Of a stretch of 64,000 bases of DNA, positions 12,405-23,054 are shown in pieces. Position 1 is the stretch's first letter. Every line of letters begins with the position of its first letter. Source of the stretch: Ranitomeya imitator (taxonomy: Eukaryota); contig NC_091282.1 in assembly GCF_032444005.1 (NCBI RefSeq), positions 495,504,001 to 495,568,000 of the forward strand, written 5' to 3'. The translations under genes were made by a program, and so were the position numbers. Under the pieces are notes generated by a model, which saw only the letters and a list, made by a program, of their open reading frames with translations, did no database searches and was not told the DNA's origin.

Positions 12405-15400
12405 ATGCCCAGGAAGCCAGCCTGTGACTATGATGACATTATAAATGTCATCTGTTCTTCACATGAAAAAATTATTACAGGACAGGCAATAGCATTCCCC
12501 TCAGAAAAAGTATGGGTAGACTTGTGTCAAAAATTAAATAACAAAATTTCACCAAAAAACCTTTACACGTTTGTAAAGACAAATCGGCACAATGTATGGG
12601 AAGCCCTTGGTCTGTACAAAGATGTTACAAATATCCCAAAACAACCTTCCAACAGTGAGAGCTCAGAAGGAACAGAGAGTCATTCATCAGTTCAGTGCTA
12701 TGACATTCAGTTTGAGTTCAGTCTTTCTTTTCAGAGCTGGATCAAAATTTGGCCTGAAAAAGTAATTTACAATGACAAATCTATGTATGCTGATAAAAGA
12801 GAATACACAATCTTAAAACCTGGTACATGGACTCACATATTGAATGAGGAGATCTGGAAAAATATCAAGTCATCGTGCACACTTAAATTCAGGAGGGCAA
12901 AGGTTTATCCAAATGTTGTATCTAACTACATAGATATAACAGGGTGCTGCACAGAGTGTGATGCACAACTATCCATAAAAGTTGAAGAAATACCAGAGAT
13001 TGCTAAGCCAGTAGTGCTTAAGTGTATGATCTGCAATATTGATGACAGTCTCCACACAGGAAAATCAAAACGTAAATTATCAGGAGATTTAAGAAAAAGG
13101 TTGTCAAAAGAACTCTGGGAAGGACGAAAACAAGCACATGTATGGCGAGCAGCTGAGGCTTATAAAGTTATGGATGTTGGTGACCCTGAGCCTAGCCATC
13201 TACCAAATCTAGCAACGTTAAGAAAAGCCAAGCAAGAGATTGGCGAAAGAGAGTTAATGCACAAGGACCCAATTCTTTCATTACATCTCCTGAAATACAG
13301 TGTTCCTCAGACTGGAAGCATACACAACATTGGTCTAGATAAAAAATTTTTTGCCATTACTGGACCCCGTCTCAGATGCAAGTGTACCAAATAAAGTCAA
13401 AGAACTTGGATTCCTATGTAAGTTTTGATGCAACAGGTTCAGTAGTGAGAAAACTAAAAAGACCTGTTGGCATTTCTGGACACATCTTTTTGTACCAAGG
13501 GGTTTTGTGTTCGAGTGGAGATCATATCCCAGTAGTGCAGATGCTTTCTGAGAGCCATACTATTAATTCTATAGCGCAATGGCTGACAGAATGGAAACAA
13601 GCAGGTGCTACTGTTCCAAAGGAAGCAGTTTGTGATTTCTCCCTCGCTTTGCTTGGAGCTCTAGTTAAGGCTTTCACTCCTTACCCCGACTTGAAGACAT
13701 ATATAAATCAGTGCTTTGGAGTGTTGACCAGGAATGTTGCATCAAAACTACCACCATGCTTTATTAGAATTGATGTTGCGCACTGTATCAAGCTTATTAG
13801 CCGATGGGAATGTCTGAGGCAAGCTGGAAACAGAGTAAGGGAATTCTATCTCAGAGCAATGGCACAACTTCTACAGTCTACATCACTTGATGATGCGAGA
13901 GAACTCATTCATTCAATTTCAGTTGTTGCTTTTAGTGAATCAGAAGGGAATGATGACAGAGGCACACCAGTTTTATCAGAGACTAGCAAAGTTCAACTGA
14001 AGAGACGGATTGCAGAGGGACGTGTTTTACCCACTGTCACTGAAGATGACTATGGAGTAGAGATGAAAGAACAAGAGGATGAGCCAATTCAACCATGCCA
14101 AACAGACCTGAAAATATGGGCAACAGAAATTTGTGAAAGGAGTAAGATGCTTGCAGCAAATCATGGTGACCGAGACAATTTACATTTCCTTCCAGAACTT
14201 GTTCCAAATCTTTTAAGAATGGCATGTTACCTTCCACTTTGGACAGCCATAATGGTTCCACACTTTAAAAGTGTGAACATGACAGCAAGTTCTGCAAATG
14301 TTGAGGCTGAATTTAAGAACATAAAAAATGGACTCTTTAAACATGAATGTCTCCCTATTAGAACCGACCGATTTGTAATTCGTCACCTTGAATTTATGGA
14401 AGGCAAAATGAGACTTTCCTCAGTTCCCATAAAGAAAACCGAAAGCAGTGAAAATATGAGCCAAGACAATGGGCAAAAAAACAGCAACTGTGAGGAGGAT
14501 TCACAAGTTCACATAAAATTGGGTGATGAAAGTAGCTTGCAGGAGCAGCCTGTTGAAAATTGGAAAGGTCTCAGTAGTCCTCCAAAAAAGAGATTGTCCT
14601 ACCTAACCCCATGTTCCGAGTTGCTGCACATGGACACAAAATTTAACCGAAAAAAAAAGGTGAGCATTTTGAAAAATGGTAACCATCTAGCTAAAAAACC
14701 AATACAAGTAAACAAAAAGCTTATAAGTATCATTAATACCTGTGCATTTGATTCATTTTGCCAGTGTCTTTGTTGTGCATTCTGGGACAGTGGATTATTT
14801 TGCAATTATGTCAACAAAGAGAACACCATTGAAATTTTTGAATTGGTGCAGACAATTGTGACAAAGGGAGTTGGAAAGGAAGTTTATACAATGAGGGCTA
14901 AAATACTGTCTGGAATATTTGAATATGTTCAGCTGAAGTCAGGTGTGAGGCAGGTCAATGCTGAGTGTAATGTTGCACACATAATCTCAATGACAATGAG
15001 ACAGGTACCAAGCGTAATAATTAAAACACAGTGTTCTTCTGTGTACAGCAATAGAAATATAGCTAATTCAAGAGCAATCCCTCTTCTGCCAATCAATATA
15101 CATATTTTAGAAACTAATGGACTTGGTAAACTTCAGCTAGCATTGGAAGATGGGCTACACCTAAATGTTTCAAAATGTCTAAAGCCATTAAAGTCACCTC
15201 AAGAGTGTCCAGATGGCTTGAAAATTCAGGATGCATCTTCATTGAAATTCCTTTGCAGTGGTTCGGTCACGCACAGCTGCACCACTGGACAAGTACTTTG
15301 TATTGAAATAAGTGCAGAAACACAGTATACACTGTCCGAAATACCTGTGAACATACATCTGGACAGTCATTCATTTGTGCTACGAGGGGTTGTTGCCTTC

Positions 15401-15562
15401 ATTCCAGGAACTTGCAATATGTCTCTTGGTCATTATGTTGCCTATTGTAGAAGAAAATTTAATGGCTGGGAGAAATATGATGACCTGTGTGACTTTATTA
15501 CAACAGCCTCTGCAAAGACCAAGATACAACCCCATGTTGTGATATTTACAAAGGAGGAGTGA
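12405..15562 (+). CDS. NOF-like Mutator transposase with C-terminal USP-like (papain-fold) protease domain, ~1,050 aa; split by one frameshift at the A6T6 run 13341-13352
   Basis: ORF 12405-13394 joins ORF 13376-15562 through ..GLD(K)xFFCHYWTPSQMQVY. Putative DDE motifs: SFDATGS, VCDFSLAL, RIDVAH (D-x2-H) and SSANVEAEF. C-terminal Cys box INTCAFDS and His box GHYVAYCRR..GWEKYDD. No other stops are visible. Confidence 0.78.
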
Positions 15563-16669
15563 ATATGTGGAGAATCTGTCTCATCATGAGTCCCGTGGCA
15601 AGTCACAGGCTGCAAGATTGTTGTGGAAAGTTTAAAAGTATCCTGGCACCAAACAAAGTGTTAGTAGTGCTTTCCTCTAAGGTTGTTTTGGTGCTTAAAG
15701 TGTATGTTTAAAATAACCTAAAATATGCCTTACCAATATTTTTTTATTCTGTTAACATTTTGTTAATGTGGATTTCCCATTATGATTAAACCGTTTCATG
15801 GTTCTTTAAACAGTTCTGCTGTCTACAAAGTTTCATCTGTTATTGGTAATTCCATTTTTATCTGTGTTTGATTTGCAAAGATTTATTAAGCTCTGAAGGT
15901 CCTGTTTAGTTGGACAGCTATATTAAAATAACAATACTTTTGTTTTGAGCCAGACACAAAATCATGGTCTACCACGGTTTTGAGTCCAGCAAGAAAACCG
16001 CATATGGAGCAAAAATGAGCCAACTAGAGTCACTTGCGGACCCCCGCCAGATCATAGAAATGAATGGAGCGTATGCCCAGTATGCCCAAATGTAATGTTA
16101 ACCCAGCCATATTCACACTGCAATCCAAAGCCATCACACACAAAGTGGTGATGTCTACGGTCATTGCATATTTATGCAAAGATTTTCATAGAAGATGACA
16201 GTCACTTTACATAAACTGGCCAACGTCAAAAGTAATCACAATCTTTTTTTTTCCCTGGAATTCTTTTTATAGTGCAACGTAATTTGGCTAAACAATGTTT
16301 GCTAGGTATAATGGGCTTCAGGGCTGGTGCAAGGGTTTTTGCCACCCTAGGTGAAAGCTAATTTTGCTGCCCCTTGACCCCGCCCATTGGCTCCACCCAT
16401 TAACACGCCCTGCCTTACTACTGGGGTGAAAATAAATGAATGACTACAACCAATGGCACTCGTGCTTAGCTGTAGAGGTTATAAATCCAGGAGTAACCTG
16501 ACCTTGTTCCTCAGTGATGGTGCAAACTCTTTACTAGTCTGCGGTTCCCTCCAGGGTGAATGGTCTGGTGTCACGAATATGGTGGAAGCCGAAACTATCC
16601 CCACTCAATAGGTGAGAGTGTCAACTAATGCTGCTCAGGCAGTAACCTCGACTCTGCATAATGAAATGT

Positions 16670-18825
16670 AAACAGACATTAGCCGACACAGAATGCCGAC
16701 CCCTGGCTTATGGCATCACTATGACATCGCTGGAGGTAGCAGAGATGTATATACAGACATTAGCCCCCACAGAATGCCGACCCCTGGCTTATGACATCAC
16801 TATGACATCGCTGGAGATAGCAGAGATGTATATACAGACATTAGCCCCCACAGAATGCCGACCCCTGGCTTATGACATCACTATGACATCGCTGGAGGTA
16901 GCAGAGATGTATATACAGACATTAGCCCCCACAGAATGCCGACCCCTGGCTTATGACATCACTATGACATCGCTGGAGGTAGCAGAGATGTATATACAGA
17001 CATTAGCCCCCACAGAATGCCGACCCCTGGCTTATGACATCACTATGACATCGCTGGAGATAGCAGAGATGTATATACAGACATTAGCCCCCACAGAATG
17101 CCGACCCCTGGCTTATGACATCACTATGACATCGGTGGAGGTAGCAGAGATGTATATACAGACATTAGCCCCCACAGAATGCCGACCCCTGGCTTATGAC
17201 ATCACTATGACATCGCTGGAGATAGCAGAGATGTATATACAGACATTAGCCCCCACAGAATGCCGACCCCTGGCTTATGACATCACTATGACATCGCTGG
17301 AGATAGCAGAGATGTATATACAGACATTAGCCCCCACAGAATGCCGACCCCTGGCTTATGACATCACTATGACATCGCTGGAGGTAGCAGAGATGTATAT
17401 ACAGACATTAGCCCCCACAGAATGCCGACCCCTGGCTTATGACATCACTATGACATCGCTGGAGGTAGCAGAGATGTATATACAGACATTAGCCCCCACA
17501 GAATGCCGACCCCTGGCTTATGGCATCACTATGACATCGCTGGAGGTAGCAGAGATGTATATACAGACATTAGCCCCCACAGAATGCCGACCCCTGGCTT
17601 ATGACATCACTATGACATCGCTGGAGGTAGCAGAGATGTATATACAGACATTAGCCCCCACAGAATGCCGACCCCTGGCTTATGACATCACTATGACATC
17701 GCTGGAGGTAGCAGAGATGTATATACAGACATTAGCCCCCACAGAATGCCGACCCCTGGCTTATGACATCACTATGACATCGCTGGAGATAGCAGAGATG
17801 TATATACAGACATTAGCCCCCACAGAATGCCGACCCCTGGCTTATGGCATCACTATGACATCGCTGGAGGTAGCAGAGATGTATATACAGACATTAGCCC
17901 CCACAGAATGCCGACCCCTGGCTTATGACATCACTATGACATCGCTGGAGGTAGCAGAGATGTATATACAGACATTAGCCCCCACAGAATGCCGACCCCT
18001 GGCTTATGACATCACTATGACATCGCTGGAGGTAGCAGAGATGTATATACAGACATTAGCCCCCACAGAATGCCGACCCCTGGCTTATGACATCACTATG
18101 ACATCGCTGGAGGTAGCAGAGATGTATATACAGACATTAGCCCCCACAGAATGCCGACCCCTGGCTTATGACATCACTATGACATCGCTGGAGATAGCAG
18201 AGATGTATATACAGACATTAGCCCCCACAGAATGCCGACCCCTGGCTTATGGCATCACTATGACATCGCTGGAGGTAGCAGAGATGTATATACAGACATT
18301 AGCCCCCACAGAATGCCGACCCCTGGCTTATGACATCACTATGACATCGCTGGAGATAGCAGAGATGTATATACAGACATTAGCCCCCACAGAATGCCGA
18401 CCCCTGGCTTATGACATCACTATGACATCGCTGGAGGTAGCAGAGATGTATATACAGACATTAGCCCCCACAGAATGCCGACCCCTGGCTTATGGCATCA
18501 CTATGACATCGCTGGAGGTAGCAGAGATGTATATACAGACATTAGCCCCCACAGAATGCCGACCCCTGGCTTATGACATCACTATGACATCGCTGGAGGT
18601 AGCAGAGATGTATATACAGACATTAGCCCCCACAGAATGCCGACCCCTGGCTTATGACATCACTATGACATCGCTGGAGGCGGAGTTACAACTCAGGTAG
18701 CAGAGATGTACATACAGACATTAGCCCCCACAGAATGCCGACCCCTGGCTTATGACATCACTATGACATCGCTGGAGGCGGAGTTACAACTCGGGTAGCA
18801 GAGATGTACATACAGACATTACCTC
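16670..18825. repeat. 81-bp minisatellite (~26 copies) abutting the right foldback arm; open in one frame (27-aa repeat ORF 16661-18700)
   Basis: GCAGAGATGTATATACAGACATTAGCCCCCACAG...CGCTGGAGGTA, period 81 (16741, 16822). Confidence 0.95.
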
Positions 18826-18833
18826 CTCTGCCA

Positions 18834-20000
18834 GGAGTTTCAGCAAATTGAGCGCACAACATCTCGGAAACCAAAGCGGTGCAAACGTTTATTTTTGCAG
18901 CACAAACCAGCACAAACGCAGCACAAACGAATGGTGTATTCATTTTTAAAATTTAAGAACATGGGGTGGAAAGTGGGCGGAGTTTCAGCAAATTGAGCGC
19001 ACAACATCTCGGAAACCAAGGCGGTGCAAACGTTTATTTTTGCAGCACAAACCAGCACAAACGCAGCACAAACGAATGGTGTATTCATTTTTAAAATTTA
19101 AGAACATGGGGTGGAAAGTGGGCGGAGTTTCAGCAAATTGAGCGCACAATATCTCGGAAACCAAAGCGGTGCAAACGTTTATTTTTGCAGCACAAACCAG
19201 CACAAACGCAGCACAAACGAATGGTGTATTCATTTTTAAAATTTAAGAACATGGGGTGGAAAGTGGGCGGAGTTTCAGCAAATTGAGCGCACAATATCTC
19301 GGAAACCAAAGCGGTGCAAACGTTTATTTTTGCAGCACAAACCAGCACAAACGCAGCACAAACGAATGGTGTATTCATTTTTAAAATTTAAGAACATGGG
19401 GTGGAAAGTGGGCGGAGTTTCAGCAAATTGAGCGCACAACATCTCGGAAACCAAAGCGGTGCAAACGTTTATTTTTGCAGCACAAACCAGCACAAACGCA
19501 GCACAAACGAATGGTGTATTCATTTTTAAAATTTAAGAACATGGGGTGGAAAGTGGGCGGAGTTTCAGCAAATTGAGCGCACAATATCTCGGAAACCAAA
19601 GCGGTGCAAACGTTTATTTTTGCAGCACAAACCAGCACAAACGCAGCACAAACGAATGGTGTATTCATTTTTAAAATTTAAGAACATGGGGTGGAAAGTG
19701 GGCGGAGTTTCAGCAAATTGAGCGCACAATATCTCGGAAACCAAAGCGGTGCAAACGTTTATTTTTGCAGCACAAACCAGCACAAACGCAGCACAAACGA
19801 ATGGTGTATTCATTTTTAAAATTTAAGAACATGGGGTGGAAAGTGGGTGGAGCTTCATAAAAATATAACGCGCAATATCTCTGGAACCAAAGCGGCACAA
19901 ACGTTCATTTTTGCGGCACAAACCAGCACAAACGCAGCACAAACGAATGGTGTATTTTTATTCATCTTTTGAGAACATGGGGTGCCAACTTCACACAGGT
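18834..20000 (-). repeat. Right foldback arm: ~8 tandem 145-bp units inverted relative to the left arm
   Basis: Reverse complement of the left-arm unit; six-frame ORFs recur every 145 bp on the - strand. Confidence 0.93.
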
Positions 20001-21432
20001 CTCCAGGTTTCCTCTCCATAGCTTCAATCTTCATGCTCGTCTTAAGTAGTTGTTGAAACAACACTACATTAGGCCTACAAGTTGGGTCTGGGTCGTAGAG
20101 ACGTTGTCTGCCGCTCCAAGGTGTTCTCCAGGTTGCCACTTAATCGAAGCTGCATAGAGCTTATTTTGTAATTTTACGCCTACAAAGTCTTTCTGCGGTC
20201 CCTCCTTCCAATTGTCCTCCACTGAGCACAACAATGCAGAACGTGTACCCATGTAACCTTTTTTAAACCAGCGTCGAGCCAACTTTGTGGTTTAAGGCCT
20301 ACTTGTAGTGTCTGGCTGCGCCACTCAATACAGCTGTCCTCTTTACAAAAAATGACCTACAATTATCTGGTTTTCAGCCTATCCGGATTTTAAAACTGCA
20401 GTGGGCCTACTAGTTGGGTTGGGGCCTTCTATCTGTGTCTGCCGCTCCTTGCTGTTCTCCTACAGTGAACAAAGCTGTGCCGCCTGTTTACTACTCCTGC
20501 CAATTTTGAACTGCATTTAGACTACTTACAGATTTGGGCCTACTCTCTGTGTCAGCCTCTCATTCCAGTTGTCCTCCACTGAACAAAACAATGCCCCCTG
20601 GTTAGTCCTGTTACCAATTTTGAACTGCATTTAGCCCACTTTAGTCTTTGGGCCTATATCTGTGTTTCCTCCTCATCCTGCCCATTGCCCAGCCAGTGAT
20701 AGATGAGTCTGCTGGTACATTGACCCATAACGCAACATTCCCCGTGCACGCTACACTGCAAGATTGTGACCCTGCTGAAAGTCAGGTCCCCCTTCCCGCA
20801 TACCATACCACCTTACGCGGGGACAAAGAGGAAGGTGCAGATGAAGGTGCAGGTTCCTTCATCAGGTGGGGGGAGGAATACTCGTTGGCGACGTCACTGG
20901 CACAGGGCCCCTCATAGTACGCAAAAGTGTTGCTGCCGGAGGGAGGCGCCCCCGCCGTGCAAACACACCGCTGTATTTTGAGGGGCCCTGTGCCAGTGCC
21001 AATGCCAACGAGGGGGCCCCCCCTGCTTGCTCAGGATCACAGCACTTGCAAAGTTGAAATACTTACCTCTCCCTGCTCCACTGCCGTGACGTGGTCCAGA
21101 TGTCCTGGGCCCACTAATTGCTTGAACCAGCCCTACCCCCCACAACTTTAGCCAAATGACCCCCAATTTCAAATGCCTTACAATTATTATAAGCTAAATT
21201 ACGATTGACAAGCTTCAGTAGCAAGAATGGATGTTTTTGCCAATACAATGGGCTCTGTACATGTTTTCCTGGCCTCTACACACTGCCGACTATGCTCCCC
21301 CATTGACTTGCATTGGGTTTTGTGTTTCGGTCGATCCCCGACTTTTCGCGATAATCGGCCGATTCCACTCGACTCGACTTTTGAGATAGTCGGGTTTCGC
21401 GAAACCCGGCTCGACTCTAAAAAGGTCAAGGT

Positions 21433-21444
21433 CGCTCAACTCTA
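21433..21444 (-). repeat. Right terminal inverted repeat of the giant hAT (TAGAGTTGAGCG on the - strand)
   Basis: CGCTCAACTCTA; nearly identical to the TAGTGTTGAGCG terminus at 58038. Confidence 0.7.
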
Positions 21445-21790
21445 TTCAATAAAGATAATATAAGATACTTCATCAAATGCTGTTGATGCTTACATTGATT
21501 GTTTTAACACCAGTAGCTTATCATCATATCACGAATTGTCTTGTGAGCACTGGTCCAACACCCTTTCCTGTGATAAGCACCTCACTCTCTATGGACATCG
21601 TATATACAGAGCCTGATGTGGGCTGGGGCAGCTTTTCAGCACTGCTTCCGTGCTAAATCCAAAAACTCTGTGTGAGAACGACTGCACCCGGTAATCTAAG
21701 TGATACACCTTTGTATCAGCTTCTCTTTGCCTACATCACGCTGCTCTCAGATGAAGTAGTAAAATCTTGCTGACGACAGATTCCTTTTAA

Positions 21791-22122
21791 AGGGAACCTG
21801 TCACCTGAATTTGGCGGGACAGGTTTGCGGTCATATGGGCGGGGTTTTCGGGTGTTTGATTCACCCTTTCCTTACACACTGGCTGCATGCTGGCCACAAT
21901 ATTGGGTTGAAGTTCATGCTGTGTCCTCCGTAGTACACGCCTGCGCAAGGCAATCTTGCCTTGCTTGCACAGGCGTGTACTACGGAGGACAGAGAATGAA
22001 CTTCAATCGAATATTGCGGCCAACATGCAGCCAGCGGGTAAGGAAAGGGTGAATCAAACACCCGAAAACCCTGCCCATATGACCGCAAACCTGTCCCGCC
22101 AAATTCAGGTGACAGGTTCCCT
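21791..22122. mobile_element. T2-family (Kolobok-type) MITE
   Basis: TTAA|AGGGAACCTGTCACCTGAATTTGGCGGGACAGG...CCTGTCCCGCCAAATTCAGGTGACAGGTTCCCT|TTAA, with long near-perfect arms. Confidence 0.88.
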
Positions 22123-23054
22123 TTAAGGACCTATAAGGCTCTGACATGATGACAGATTTTGCTTTGATGGTCCTGTTTTGCTTATCTGCTTTACTCTTGC
22201 ATCTGGTATTTAACATTGTATAATAAAGAAATTTAATCTCAACAAAGTTGAGAAATATTACGTTTTTTTTTTTAAATTATATAGAAGTGACATTTACAAA
22301 TACAACACACAGCAGCGACTTGATCAAGGTCAGATCACTACTCTTCTTCAACCATTTAAATGCTGCTGTTAATCTATGACAACAGCACTTACATTCTGGT
22401 CTTTGTTGGACTGCAGAATATGAATGATGCAATTAATCGTCTGGGCGAAGCCATTATTTATGTTAAAAATCAATTAATCACTATTAATTCATAGATAATA
22501 TTGTGACTTTGCTAAAAGAATAAATACAAGTTGATGCTATGACAAAAGTAGTTACTATTGATTACATATCGTGAAAAGGAACCTGTCAGCTGATTAACGC
22601 TGCCCAAACCAAGTTTTATTCTGAAATGCAAAGTTTCAGAAGGAACCTGGCAGGTCCCCCATGCTCTCCAGCGTACATCCACAGCGTCCAGATGTTACAG
22701 TATAGTGGATGGGATTTCAAGAAATCCCATGCCCACTATGCATGTACGGACTCCTGCGGCTCACCTGCATAAGACGCACATGCAGCGTCTTTCCAGAAAG
22801 CAGCATGTCTATTTATGTTGTGGAGACACTCCGTCTCCGCTGCGTAAATTACCCATTCACTATCATTAGATGCGGTAAAACTGCATTATTTTTCTAGTCA
22901 CATGCGTATTAAGTACGGGAACGCAGCTTACTACGCATGTGTACTAATTTAGAAAAAGGCGTACCTTGTGACACAGCCGTAAGTTCAGGTACACTGCAGT
23001 TCTCGCGATGAACTGAGCTGATCGCAAGAACTGCCAGCTGGCGACAGGGTTATC

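Larger units (their letters stand above)
10113..20000 (+). mobile_element. Foldback-type, NOF-like Mutator (MULE) DNA transposon, 9,888 bp
   Basis: Termini ACCTGTGTGAAGTTGGCACCCCATGTTCTC... and ...GAGAACATGGGGTGCCAACTTCACACAGGT are exact inverted repeats. A perfect 9-bp TSD CTCCAGGTT lies at 10104-10112 and 20001-20009. The TIRs are made of tandem 145-bp units, and there is an internal DDE-type gene. Confidence 0.88.
1..21444 (+). mobile_element. Giant hAT-superfamily DNA transposon (left terminus lies just upstream of the window; ~11.5 kb of its own sequence plus a 9.9-kb nested insertion)
   Basis: Encodes a hAT transposase (1956-5520). The right end ...CGCTCAACTCTA (21433-21444; reverse complement TAGAGTTGAGCG) is preceded by subterminal CGACT/CCGA repeats, mirrored by CCCGAC repeats at 30-60. 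Internal satellites continue on both sides of the nested element. Confidence 0.8.

Noticed and set aside
13335-13360. Programmed -1 ribosomal frameshift in the NOF-like gene
   Set aside because: In the upstream frame (GAT AAA AAA TTT TTT GCC) there is no canonical X XXY YYZ heptamer, and I saw no obvious downstream structure. A simple indel or sequencing error is more parsimonious.
10215-19970. 145-bp and 81-bp repeats as CRISPR-like arrays or repeated small genes
   Set aside because: The units are contiguous with no unique spacers and the DNA is eukaryotic. The 62-82-aa ORFs simply recur with the repeat period.
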